Part shown: piece by piece, positions 49,221-62,598 of the stretch
Layout: each line of letters opens with the position of its first letter
How positions within the stretch are numbered: position 1 is the first letter of the stretch
From: Octopus bimaculoides
Taxonomy: Eukaryota
Direction: 5' to 3'
NCBI RefSeq assembly: GCF_001194135.2
Contig: NC_068987.1
Coordinates: forward strand, 5,385,068-5,449,067
DNA length: 64,000 nucleotides
Notes under the pieces: model-generated
Told to the model about the DNA's origin: nothing
What the model saw: only the letters and a program-made list of their open reading frames with translations
Database searches by the model: none
Program-made: the position numbers and the translations under genes

Positions 49221-52200
49221 TCTCACTATAGTAGAAGACACTTGCCCAAGATACCACGCAGTGGGACTGAAGCCGGAACCATGTGGTTGGGAAGCAAACT
49301 TCTTGCCACATAGCCACTCCTGCACCTCGAAACTTTGATTACAGATTGCGCTTAGCAGTCTCTTATTTCTACCCAGTTGTCTAATTCATTGTACACCTCC
49401 AAGAGCATTAGCAGTACAAGCGAAATACAAACTATGACTTCAAATTAACAGATTGCGGATTTATATTGCTTACCGCATATTCTGTAACGAGCCATAATGT
49501 GGTCTGAAGTTATATTACCCCACTGTGAATTTAAATTAGATTTGATACCTGTTTATTAAATATAGAACAAATAATTATAATTACAATGTAATTACGCTTA
49601 TACAATGTAATTACAATTATAATTACGCACATGATTATAACTCGCGTGCGTGTGTGTACTCCATTCAATTTGATTCAGTTTTCTATCGATATTTCTTTTG
49701 CATTAATGATGAGGCTTAGGTGAAACCTATCAGATACGAAGTATTAAATGTTACCCTTTTTTAGCATATAGGGAGCATATTTTTGTTCCCTAAAAATCTT
49801 TCTAAAAAGTCTTCTCGAGTCCTGCATGCAAAGTTGAGCCTCCATAAACTAATTTTGCCCCTAACGCTCAAGACTGAAAGCTAATAAATCAAAAACATGT
49901 AAGGACAAACACAGGACGAAGAGTACAAAGGGTTTTGCGAAAAAGAAAGGTCCGTGTAAATATTAAAATAACAGCGAAAAATATAACAGTAATAATAATA
50001 ATACTAATAATAATAAATACCCTGATGCAGTACCAGGCAGTGGCTCTCATGGTTTCTGATCTTAATTGATTGGAAGTGTTATCATGTACATTGTTTTGTC
50101 TTGGTATAAAAAGTTGGGCTACAGAAAATATTCTGCTTACTACCACAGATTTGCTTCTCAGTTGTTTGACCTTAACCAGTTGAGCATGCCCCTTAGTGGC
50201 TGACGATATGTGCATTTCTGATCATATAACTGTCTAAGGGATAAAAATATCCGTTTATCTACCAGTATGATTACCTATGTTAACCCTGGGCATATATATG
50301 CAAGCATATTATGTTCATAGGTCACAGGTAATGACAAAGATAAACGTGAGTTTATCAGGAATCAAATTCAAAGTAAACAGAAAATGGAGAAATATTGATC
50401 AACAACAATTGGCTTATATCAGTTATTACTTTTTAATGTGTGTGTGTGTGTGTGTGTGTGTGTGTNNNNNNNNNNNNNNNNNNNNNNNNNNNNNNNNNNN
50501 NNNNNNNNNNNNNNNNNNNNNNNNNNNNNNNNNNNNNNNNNNNNNNNNNNNNNNNNNNNNNNNNNNNNNNNNNNNNNNNNNNNNNNNNNNNNNNNNNNNN
50601 NNNNNNNNNNNNNNNNNNNNNNNNNNNNNNNNNNNNNNNNNNNNNNNNNNNNNNNNNNNNNNNNNNNNNNNNNNNNNNNNNNNNNNNNNNNNNNNNNNNN
50701 NNNNNNNNNNNNNNNNNNNNNNNNNNNNNNNNNNNNNNNNNNNNNNNNNNNNNNNNNNNNNNNNNNNNNNNNNNNNNNNNNNNNNNNNNNNNNNNNNNNN
50801 NNNNNNNNNNNNNNNNNNNNNNNNNNNNNNNNNNNNNNNNNNNNNNNNNNNNNNNNNNNNNNNNNNNNNNNNNNNNNNNNNNNNNNNNNNNNNNNNNNNN
50901 NNNNNNNNNNNNNNNNNNNNNNNNNNNNNNNNNNNNNNNNNNNNNNNNNNNNNNNNNNNNNNNNNNNNNNNNNNNNNNNNNNNNNNNNNNNNNNNNNNNN
51001 NNNNNNNNNNNNNNNNNNNNNNNNNNNNNNNNNNNNNNNNNNNNNNNNNNNNNNNNNNNNNNNNNNNNNNNNNNNNNNNNNNNNNNNNNNNNNNNNNNNN
51101 NNNNNNNNNNNNNNNNNNNNNNNNNNNNNNNNNNNNNNNNNNNNNNNNNNNNNNNNNNNNNNNNNNNNNNNNNNNNNNNNNNNNNNNNNNNNNNNNNNNN
51201 NNNNNNNNNNNNNNNNNNNNNNNNNNNNNNNNNNNNNNNNNNNNNNNNNNNNNNNNNNNNNNNNNNNNNNNNNNNNNNNNNNNNNNNNNNNNNNNNNNNN
51301 NNNNNNNNNNNNNNNNNNNNNNNNNNNNNNNNNNNNNNNNNNNNNNNNNNNNNNNNNNNNNNNNNNNNNNNNNNNNNNNNNNNNNNNNNNNNNNNNNNNN
51401 NNGACACATACGCTACACCATACAAATAGTTTGCTGCAGTAGATAATTGTATTTGTTTTTTGCGGCTAACGTAAGACACATTTTCAACGGCAGCTATTTT
51501 TTTTTATCATATAATGTATATTTCTGCTTATATAAAAAAACTGGAACTGCTAGTAAACAATTAATATTTAATCTACGTATGAAATGAAATAGATAAAATT
51601 AATGTTTAATTCGTATAAGAAATAGAAGTATTTAATCTTCTGATGATATAGAAAAACAAAAGTAAAACAGAAGCGCATTAACACCCGTGTCTGAGTGATA
51701 ACAAATAGTCTTTCTATATACAGAATTTGAGACTAGTTTCGTATTATCAGCTGTGGATTTTCCCTCCAGTTCCACCACCAATTGTCCTGAAAGTGTTATG
51801 AACGTCATGTAGCTTAAATTTCTTATCTTTTAGGCGCAGGCGTGGCTGTGTGGTAAGAAGTTTGCTTCTCAATCACATGGTTTCGTGTTCAGTACCACTG
51901 CGTGGCACCTTAGGCAAGTACTTTCTTCTATAGCCCCGGGCCAACTAAAACTTTGTGAATCGATTTGGTAGACGGAAACTGAAAGAAGCCTGTCTTATAT
52001 ATATCGAAAAACACAATATGTGCGTGTCTGTGTGTCTCTTTGTGTCCAATGGCTGAAGTAGCAAGAAGATAAAAGATTAATTTCAGTATCTGGGTGGTTA
52101 AAAAATAATCTTCTTATTTCTTTACTGCCCACAAGGGACTACAACCACAAACGCCCTTAAAAATGTTATGAACTTCACAGTTTCAATTTCTTATAATATC

Positions 52201-53252
52201 TTAAACCTTGTAGTTTTATAAGAAACCGATGACCGACAGATATGGTGTGCACAATACATATATTCTCGATTATCACAAGTGTTTGGTTGAAAAAGAAAAG
52301 ACGTTTCTTCACCAATACCGTGTTAAATGAAACAAGGATAAAAGAATAATCGAATATGTAGGAAAAATAGGTTTTCATTCTGAGACCCCAAGTTGTCCTG
52401 AGCATTGTGAATGTTTATTGGGGAGCATTTTTGCGGTCCAGGCAGAGTCTCTGACTGATCGTCGACCCGTGTTATCAAAATCAAATAACATGGTTCACAA
52501 TTGAGTATACCGTGTTATTCCGGATCAGATGAAGGAATCAGTGATAAACGAGGATAGTTGTAATAAAGTAGGTGACCATCACGTGACTCGAAAGTCCGAT
52601 GCGTTAATATCTTCCGATTTTTTTCACATTCTTTAAAATACTATCGGGAAAAAAGTATGAACGGCTTGCAATTTCATTTTCTCCTACCGTACAAATCTGG
52701 GACCGTGTGCCTTACGTACAAAACCATAAATCCTAACAAAGATTTGGTGATTCTCTCAATTTTATGGAATCAAAAATTACTGTAACGAAGGAAGAGCAGT
52801 GGTGGTGGGTCACACACAAGCACAAAGACCCCCAGGTAGCGCCCAATGGGAAAAACCAATAAAAGGCGGTGTGGTCATGTTTAGAAAGCCTTTGATCATA
52901 GTTCTGCCTAAACAACAAAAACAGCAACAACAATAACAACGGCCAAACGTTATTCTCATGAAAATTTATTTACTCGTCTGAAACAATATGTTAAAATTGT
53001 GCGGTATTTCACAGTGAAGACAGTACGGGGTTCGATTTTACGCTATTGAAATACAGCACATGTTACATGATAGCATCTAAAAAATACGATACAATGGATT
53101 ATTTAATATACTATGGATATAATTTAAACAGTAATACGATGAGCAATTACATGTATGATATGCAATGGGGATATGATAAACAAAGGGATGATATTAATGC
53201 ATTTTCAATGTGATATAATTGAATAAGGGCTTGAAAAACATTATACAATATA

Positions 53253-53302
<50 letters not shown>

Positions 53303-53799
53303 NNNNNNNNNNNNNNNNNNNNNNNNNNNNNNNNNNNNNNNNNNNNNNNNNNNNNNNNNNNNNNNNNNNNNNNNNNNNNNNNNNNNNNNNNNNNNNNNNN
53401 NNNNNNNNNNNNNNNNNNNNNNNNNNNNNNNNNNNNNNNNNNNNNNNNNNNNNNNNNNNNNNNNNNNNNNNNNNNNNNNNNNNNNNNNNNNNNNNNNNNN
53501 NNNNNNNNNNNNNNNNNNNNNNNNNNNNNNNNNNNNNNNNNNNNNNNNNNNNNNNNNNNNNNNNNNNNNNNNNNNNNNNNNNNNNNNNNNNNNNNNNNNN
53601 NNNNNNNNNNNNNNNNNNNNNNNNNNNNNNNNNNNNNNNNNNNNNNNNNNNNNNNNNNNNNNNNNNNNNNNNNNNNNNNNNNNNNNNNNNNNNNNNNNNN
53701 NNNNNNNNNNNNNNNNNNNNNNNNNNNNNNNNNNNNNNNNNNNNNNNNNNNNNNNNNNNNNNNNNNNNNNNNNNNNNNNNNNNNNNNNNNNNNNNNNNN

Positions 53800-53830
<31 letters not shown>

Positions 53831-53853
53831 GTAGAATGAAATAACTTCCTTAC

Positions 53854-54363
53854 CTGTAATTTTCAGAGTGACAAGTATTTCTGGCGTCAAAGGTACAGCA
53901 ACGAACATTTTCCCCCATGTAGTGACCGGTGGCAACATTTCCGAAGTGGATATCGGAGGTTCAAAACACACAGTACCATTTCGTGGGTCATATGCTGATA
54001 TACCAGCAACTAGAACTCCGACTGGTCGGCTGGCGCTTATTTTCACACCGTCCATCAAATTGCCATCGTCCAAGGCCAGAACCTCGTTTGGTTTAATGGT
54101 GTAATTGAACTCCGTGTCCCCAAGTCCGCAGATAAGTAGGTCACACAGAGAACTGTTGCTGTTGACGGTCAGCGTGACATTGGTCAAAGTTTTTGGAATA
54201 CCTTGAGGTAAGATGTAAACCGTTGAAGACATGTTTATAGACGTACTGGGGGTCATGATGACGTAATCAGTTCCGAAAGTGTCTGTAGGATACAACTGGC
54301 TCCTGTCCCCTTTCTGCCGGCCGTACATAACACACACATCTCCTGTGGCTATTAGCAACAAAG
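53854..54363 (-). CDS. IgGFc-binding-domain membrane protein, internal exon
   Basis: LYPTDTFGTDYVIMTP, ISASRPVGVLVAG and EMLPPVTTWGKMFVAVPL are FCGBP N-terminal domain motifs; TTATTTTGCAG acceptor (weaker alternative at 54348), G|GTAAGG donor; 510 nt, phase 1-1. Confidence 0.9.
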
Positions 54364-54506
54364 CTGCAAAATAATAAAAATGTGATAATAATAATAAAGA
54401 TGATGATGATGATGGTGGTGGTGGTGATAACAGCAGTAACAACAACAACAACAACGACAACAACAATTCCATCCGGCGTGCTAACGATCCTGCCAGCTCA
54501 CTGCTT

Positions 54507-54552
<46 letters not shown>

Positions 54553-54661
54553 GGTTTCAAATTTTGTCACGAGGGCAGCAATTTTGGGGGAGCGGGTGAG
54601 TCGATTACATCGACCCCAGTGTTCGACTGGTAGTCATTTTATCGACCCCCTCCTCCGAAAG

Positions 54662-55150
54662 GAGCTTCCGACTCAGAGATGCAGTTACTCGGACTCGAAC
54701 GTGACGCCGGTCTGTCTCAGAGTTACGAGCTTGGACTCAGAGACGCAGTTACTCGGACTCGAACGTGACGCCGGTCTGTCTCAGGGTTACGAGCTTGGAC
54801 TCAGAGACGCAGTTACTCGGACTCGAACGTGACGCCGGTCTGTCTCAGGGTTACAAGCTTCCGACTNNNNNNNNNNNNNNNNNNNNNNNNNNNNNNNNNN
54901 NNNNNNNNNNNNNNNNNNNNNNNNNNNNNNNNNNNNNNNNNNNNNNNNNNNNNNNNNNNNNNNNNNNNNNNNNNNNNNNNNNNNNNNNNNNNNNNNNNNN
55001 NNNNNNNNNNNNNNNNNNNNNNNNNNNNNNNNNNNNNNNNNNNNNNNNNNNNNNNNNNNNNNNNNNNNNNNNNNNNNNNNNNNNNNNNNNNNNNNNNNNN
55101 NNNAGAGACGCAGTTACTCGGTCTCGAACGTGACGCCGGTCTGTCTCAGC
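54662..55150. repeat. 64-bp tandem array broken by an assembly gap
   Basis: AGAGACGCAG recurs at 54675, 54739 and 54803 and again after the gap at 55104. Confidence 0.95.
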
Positions 55151-56044
55151 GTTACTCATGTTACAGTTGAGTGACCGGGGGTAACTTGAAATGAAGTCTA
55201 TTTGCTGCTCAAGAACACAACACACCACCCGGTCGGGGAATCGAATCAACGAGCTGGCGACTGTGAATGCAACACGTTAACCACTAGGCCACGCACGTTC
55301 ACGAAAATTATGCATGGACTTGTAAAAGAGAGAAAAGGAGCGAGAGAAAATGAGACGTGCCATATTTAATATGCGGTTTATATAACACTAGAGTGCTCGA
55401 GCCGTCAATAATAACAGCGTGTGTTTTACTAAACTTTCTGGTAATTATATCATTTGGGCTTGCATGTATGAATGTTCGATTTTTCCAATTGGCGCTATTG
55501 TTGAAGAATGTATATGATGAAAGTTGTTCATGAGAGTAAGAAGATGTAAATAAAAATGTCAAAATAACAGGAAAATAAGAACATTATAGTTATCGCTTCT
55601 CAAATACTATCTATGTTCGATTACTTTTAATATGTACAATAAGTTGTAGTTAATCATTCATACAAACATAAAAAAAAGCATTAGTTGAACATTATGAGAC
55701 AAAGAAGGGAACAGAACGGACATTCGATTGCAATAAACGGGGGAAAAAAAATGAATAAACCGAACGGTACAAGCCTGTGTCGAACAATTAGAGCTCATAT
55801 CGAATAATCTAGAAAGTAAAGCCCATAAAGTGGGGCACATTCAAAAGCTTCAACGGATTAAGTGTTACTCACAAGAAGTAAAAATTACATAGGCGTGTGG
55901 TAACAAGCTTGCTTCCCAAACACATGGTTCCGGGGTTCAGTTCCACTGCGTGGAACCTTGGGCAAGTGTCTTCTACTATAGCCTCGGGCCGACCAAAGCC
56001 TTGTGAGTGGATTTGGTAGACGGAAACTGAAAGAAGCCCGTCGA

Positions 56045-56078
<34 letters not shown>

Positions 56079-57276
56079 NNNNNNNNNNNNNNNNNNNNNN
56101 NNNNNNNNNNNNNNNNNNNNNNNNNNNNNNNNNNNNNNNNNNNNNNNNNNNNNNNNNNNNNNNNNNNNNNNNNNNNNNNNNNNNNNNNNNNNNNNNNNNN
56201 NNNNNNNNNNNNNNNNNNNNNNNNNNNNNNNNNNNNNNNNNNNNNNNNNNNNNNNNNNNNNNNNNNNNNNNNNNNNNNNNNNNNNNNNNNNNNNNNNNNN
56301 NNNNNNNNNNNNNNNNNNNNNNNNNNNNNNNNNNNNNNNNNNNNNNNNNNNNNNNNNNNNNNNNNNNNNNNNNNNNNNNNNNNNNNNNNNNNNNNCTAGT
56401 TGCGTACTGGGGTCTATCGAATTGACTGTCCCCTCCACCCAAATTTCGGGCCTTGTCCCTAGAGTAGAAAAGAATCGTTAGCACGCCGGGCGAAATGTTT
56501 AGCGGTAATTTCGTCTGTCTTTATGTTCGAGTTCAAATTCCGCCGAGGTCGACTTTACCTTTCATCATTTCGAGGTCGATAAATTAAGTAACAGTTGCGT
56601 ACTGGGGTCTATCTAATTGACTGACTTCCCCCACAACCCGCTGCAAAAAAAAAAAAAAAATCGGGCCTTGTGCCTAAAGTAGAAAAGAATTAGACGCAAT
56701 CAATAATGCATAAGAACCATCTCATATCGAAGCAAGGAATTGTGGGATTTTGAGTAAAATCTAGGGTTAAGAAACTCCGAATGATCTGGTGCAACATGAA
56801 ATGTTTTGCTCAAGAACACAATTAAATCGCCCGTTCTGAGAATCGAAATCTCAACCATGCGATTGTGAATGCAACACCATAACCACTAGAACACTCTTCT
56901 TTTCTATAATTCATTCGATAAGTTCCACAAATTGGTTATTGTTATCTGTACATTATAAGGCAAGTATGCAGCACAATAATACAATAACGGTGGGAACAGC
57001 AAAATTCAATATGAATAAGCGTGCACACAATATATTGATGCTTATAGATAGAAAAACCTAAGCCATTTAGACATTCAAATGTATTTATGAATATATTTTC
57101 TTTTTTTTTTATTATTTATCGGCAGATAATAAAAAAAATAAAAATGATGCAAGGGCCGAGAATTTAGTGCATTGTACTTATCGAAACAACAGTTGGTTAA
57201 TAATATGTATGTATCTCTCTCTCTCTCTCTCTCTCTCACTCTCTCTCTCTATCTGTCTGTCTGTCTTCTGTTTATC

Positions 57277-57360
<84 letters not shown>

Positions 57361-58716
57361 TCTATCTATCTGTTTACCTATATATTTACTTCTCTCTCTC
57401 TAGTTAACTCTCTCTCCCTACTTACCCCTCTCTCTCTCTCGCCCTCTATCTATTTATCTATTTACTCCCTCTCTCTCTCTATCTATCTATCTATCCTATC
57501 TCTCTACTCGTGTCTTGAGTTCTATTTTCCTGTTTGTATCACCAAATCTATTTATGAATATTGATAAAAGACATTTCTCCATTTGTCAACGCAAATTATC
57601 TCTAAAGAAATTTAGAATGTTAGTATGAAGCTGGCATTCACTAAACAACCTTAGTTTACACACGAATCCTTAAGAGGAGCTTACGATAGCCACACGATTC
57701 TCTGGATTCTCACAACTCATTTGCATTCTGCTCAACTCACTAACCCCGAGAGCGCTTAAGTGGCTTACACACAATGATAGAAAAACTACATATAGATGTG
57801 TCGCGGAGAGATATTCCTATTCTTCGAAAGGAAAAAAATACAAAGTGTCTTATCAGAATAAAATGAACTCTTTTGTATGACGAATGTGCCGAAAGGCCTA
57901 CCGTTTCGATCGGATGACTAAAGCCACTGATCCCAGTTGATTAAAATAATTACTTTTTACTGACCAAATCAAAGTAATTTTGTTCAATTCCGGCAAGGTC
58001 ATTGATCCCTACTGACTAGAATGCTTATCTTTTACTAACCAAATCAGTACAATTTTGTCCCGTTCCGGCATTCCATGCATTGCATATAATAAGAGTGAAT
58101 TTTGCGTGTATATTTAGAGTTGAATGGTTAATGTAAGCATGATAATCTGGTAATCTGCCGAGTTAGCTTTCTTTATTTGCTTTAATTTGTGAATTTACAA
58201 TTATATATAATGCCGAGCATACATATTAGTGAATATTAATACAAACATGTTCGCTTAATATTTTGCATTCTGAAATTAATACTACATGAAGAAGGTTGCG
58301 AAACTGCTGTAATCCCATGGAAGTCACGTGGTTAAATAAGTATATTTTCCTCTGCCATGTCTCCTGAATGTATATTTCTATATGCTCCTCATAGAATAAT
58401 TTTATGGATTTTCGATTACATGGATACTCTACGAGTACATTACACTTCTCTGTAATCGATTCTCTGTAATTGAGTGAACTGATAGCCGAGTCTGTCAGAG
58501 GAGCTAACTCTGATAGCCGGACGATTCTCTGAATTCCTATGTTAAGCTGCTCGTTTGCATATATATATNNNNNNNNNNNNNNNNNNNNNNNNNNNNNNNN
58601 NNNNNNNNNNNNNNNNNNNNNNNNNNNNNNNNNNNNNNNNNNNNNNNNNNNNNNNNNNNNNNNNNNNNNNNNNNNNNNNNNNNNNNNNNNNNNNNNNNNN
58701 NNNNNNNNNNTATATA

Positions 58717-59035
58717 TACGTGGTTTAGTGGTTAGGGCATTCCGCTGACGATCGTAAGGTTGTGAGTTCAATTCCCGGCGATGTGTTGTGTCCTTGAGCA
58801 AGAAACTTTATTTCACGTTGCTCTAGTCCACTCAGCTGGCAAAAATGAGTAGGACCTGTATTTCAAAGGGGCCAGCCTTGTCACACTCTGTGTCACGCTG
58901 AATCTCCCTCAAGAACCACGTTAAGGGTACACGTGTCTGTGGAGTGCTCAGTCACTTGCACGTTAATTCCACTAGCAAGCTGTTCCATTGATCGTATCAG
59001 CTGGGACCACCGTCGTCGTAACCTACGGAGTGCCC
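58717..59035 (+). mobile_element. tRNA-derived SINE family D, near full length
   Basis: A box TGGTTTAGTGG, B box GAGTTCAATTCC, then GTGTCCTTGAGCAAGAAACTT core (Meta/V-SINE-like); partial copies at 55150-55290 and 56790-56890. Confidence 0.8.
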
Positions 59036-59921
59036 CGATATATACATACATATACATACATACATACATATATATATACATACATACATATATAAAAATA
59101 CACATATGTGTATGTATGTATGAAATAAACCAATAAAACGAAACAGGTGGAAATGAACGGAGGTGTATTATGAGCGAATCACTTTCTTCCCTTTTTTTAA
59201 AATAGAAAATGTAATACTTTACAAACTGTTTTTTGCTGGTTTCGACTGTTTGTTTTCAGTCTTATCAAAACCAGTAATTTTATCAAACATTCAGTTCGCC
59301 ACATAATGTAATTTTTTTCGAATAATAATATTTTTATTTAATTCATTTCGTCACATTTTGACTGATTGACTGGTACACTCCCCAGATACATATGTATATA
59401 TACACACACGCACATGCACACACACACACATACACAAACACACATACACACACACACACACATGAACACACACATAAACGTACACACACGCACACACACA
59501 TATACTCTTTACTCTTTTACTCTTTTACTTGTTTCAGTCATTTGACTGCGGCCATGCAGGAGCACCGCCTTTAGTTGAGCAAATCGACCCCAGGACTTAT
59601 TCTTTGTAAGCCTAGTACTTATTCTATCGGACTCTTATGCCGAACCGCTAAGTCACGGGGACGTAAACACACCAACATCGGTTGTCAAGCGATACATGCA
59701 TATGATCGCTGTGGTGTTCCGTTACAAGAGAACTACTCATTTAAGACGAATATGTGTTCATAACACACTCAATTCCTGAGCGCAAAAAACTCTGGGACTG
59801 CCGGTGTTTCGTCATCGTTGTGTCTCGTCAGTCAAAGACACCCCACTCTAATGAGCCTCACAAAATGTTAAAGCTCTTGCTTATAATTTCAGCGAACAAA
59901 ACGTTTACTGATCCTGCTGAC

Positions 59922-60065
59922 ACCTATCAGCCAATAATAAATCGCCAAATGCACGGTGAACAGCGAGATTTACAACGATGGGTTCCATATTGGTTCTTAA
60001 TACGTTCTGGTAAATTGGAAACTGGCCAAGCATAACCGTGATTAGCACATTTATGTTCGAATCTG
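59922..60065 (-). CDS. Candidate upstream exon of the IgGFc-binding-domain gene
   Basis: ATTCCAG acceptor; DSNINVLITV...PIVVNLAVHRAFGDLLLADR; a phase-1 GTCAGC donor joins 54363 in the register of the recalled FCGBP segment VNISAK...HAVVIHSDYAISV; donor is weak. Confidence 0.55.
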
Positions 60066-61556
60066 CTGGAATGCATTAAAAATGAATATGCCTAGGTCTC
60101 CACGAAATATCACATGTACTAGAACACATACTTTCCAAGATAAGGAAATAAAGTAGAACGAAAATATATGCACGGGTGTAGGTTTTTAGTTGAATTTGTT
60201 TCAGCTGTTACGGTTACGGCCAAAAACAAAGCTATAAATACAAGGAGATTTTATCTTTGAATCATTCGAAGCAATCAGGAAACTATCGTGAAAAAAAAAA
60301 AGAAAAAAACACCACCATCAAAGAGGAAAAAAAAAACTGCATGTAAAAAGGCTAAATTTCGCTATGAATTTGGAAGTCATCCAATCAATAGCTTTTTTTG
60401 GTTAAGAACATCTGAACTTGATAGGTATGTTAATGGATTTGACCGGTAGCTATGTGAAACACATCAACACGTTAAAACTGACGAAAGAAAAGAAAAAAGA
60501 ATACTAAAATATTAAGAGTTAATAATTGTTTATTCAATGTGACGAGAACTTTCAGATTTAAGAGTGAGTGGGGAAATGATAGTATTTTGCGTGCTCGCTT
60601 TTCCCACAACTAGAGACGAAAGGGAAATGAAATTATCACAACCGATAATCCCAAACAGGTCGCGTTTTCTGTTTATGAGAAGAATATTTGCTCTTAACTG
60701 CGTGTGCTAAGAACCATGATAAAAGTTATTTCCATGATTTTTTAATGGATATTTGAAAAGAAAAAAAACCCCCGAATGTCATGTAGCCAATTTCCATCAG
60801 TGGTGCATAAATAAGAATGTAGTGTCCTTATAAGTATTATGTACGGAAGCTTATTTTTTTTTCAGGGTGAGGAAAATATTTTATCGATACGATGTAATAC
60901 CTGAATCGAATTCATGATCCAGAAATTAGGATTGATATCGTGAAGTCACCAATAACGTTTTCTTTTTAGAGCAAATGCTTGAAGAAATAAGAAGAACAGG
61001 ATATTGAAATGTTCGTACTTACAAGATCAGAAGCAAGTAATTTGTTATAATAATATTTTCAATAGTAAACAATACGATAATAAACAAGTTTTCGTTAGCC
61101 ATGGAGTTGGCTTACTCATAGGTTCTTTGCGATGCTGTATCGCAAGATGAGGGACTCTCAATGTGGTCACTTGGCCTGTTAGAAAGCGCAGCCAAACTTC
61201 CGCAAATCAAACGCTTACTGTTTAAAAGAAAGGAAAGGATACATTCGATTATCTAGTCCCAAGCACTCTTAAAAAGATGGGATTGCCAAGGCTGGAATGC
61301 TTGCGATCATATGTTCCGCTTCGTCAGAGCTGATCTGGGGCTAAACAACACAGCACTTGAATTCATATATCAAAGACAAAACTAGTGTAAAGGGGAAGTG
61401 TATTAGAAGCAGAGAATAATTGACTGAACACGGTTTCGTCCTCAATATATCATGTAGATAGACTGAAAAGCATTCATCAGTAAGCTACACAGACACCCGA
61501 GGATACCCCAAACATCTTCTGTTTGCTATATATATATATATGTGTGTGCATATATA

Positions 61557-61780
61557 TAGGGTGTTTAAAAAGTCTCTCAGCAGTTAATTTTTTTTTTATT
61601 CTGACTCTCCAACAGTCAGACTCTCTAAGATGTATTTCAAAACGTGTAGAAGAGTCAACTTATGTATTGAAAATGAATGAAGGACGACACTTTCAACTCA
61701 TCTTATAAAGTTTTTTAAAGTCTTGTAAAGTCTAATATATTCTTTTGTAGTCTTATACCACCTTATAAATATTTTATTTT
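61557..61780 (+). mobile_element. Tc1/mariner-like remnant
   Basis: TA-AGGGTGTTT-like terminus and decayed transposase C-terminus (R...CIE...GRHFQLIL*). Confidence 0.5.
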
Positions 61781-62490
61781 GCAACAAAATACTTACTGCG
61801 GAGAGACGTTTTGAACAGCCTATGTAAATATNNNNNNNNNNNNNNNNNNNNNNNNNNNNNNNNNNNNNNNNNNNNNNNNNNNNNNNNNNNNNNNNNNNNN
61901 NNNNNNNNNNNNNNNNNNNNNNNNNNNNNNNNNNNNNNNNNNNNNNNNNNNNNNNNNNNNNNNNNNNNNNNNNNNNNNNNNNNNNNNNNNNNNNNNNNNN
62001 NNNNNNNNNNNNNNNNNNNNNNNNNNNNNNNNNNNNNNNNNNNNNNNNNNNNNNNNNNNNNNNNNNNNNNNNNNNNNNNNNNNNNNNNNNNNNNNNNNNN
62101 NNNNNNNNNNNNNNNNNNNNNNNNNNNNNNNNNNNNNNNNNNNNNNNNNNNNNNNNNNNNNNNNNNNNNNNNNNNNNNNNNNNNNNNNNNNNNNNNNNNN
62201 NNNNNNNNNNNNNNNNNNNNNNNNNNNNNNNNNNNNNNNNNNNNNNNNNNNNNNNNNNNNNNNNNNNNNNNNNNNNNNNNNNNNNNNNNNNNNNNNNNNN
62301 NNNNNNNNNNNNNNNNNNNNNNNNNNNNNNNNNNNNNNNNNNNNNNNNNNNNNNNNNNNNNNNNNNNNNNNNNNNNNNNNNNNNNNNNNNNNNNNNNNNN
62401 NNNNNNNNNNNNNNNNNNNNNNNNNNNNNNNNNNNNNNNNNNNNNTATATATATATATATATGTCTGTCTGTCTGTCCGTCCGTCCGTCC

Positions 62491-62533
<43 letters not shown>

Positions 62534-62539
62534 AGTTTG

Positions 62540-62598
<59 letters not shown>

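Noticed and set aside
55308-55562. Minus-strand ORF containing HAVII, similar to an FCGBP strand
   Set aside because: No suitable phase-1 donor follows the motif, and that strand is already supplied by LLLIAT in the 54363 exon.
58226-58560. Minus-strand ORF next to an N gap
   Set aside because: It has internal repeats and resembles 57680-57730; no domain similarity or splice support.
58717-58790. tRNA-like sequence with A and B boxes
   Set aside because: The acceptor stem does not close and it runs straight into a SINE body repeated elsewhere; it is a SINE head, not a tRNA gene.
61023-61110. Possible first exon (MANENLFIIVLF..., GTAAGT donor) for the membrane-protein gene
   Set aside because: The donor is phase 2 in the ATG frame, incompatible with the phase-1 exon at 60065; it could still be a 5' UTR exon.
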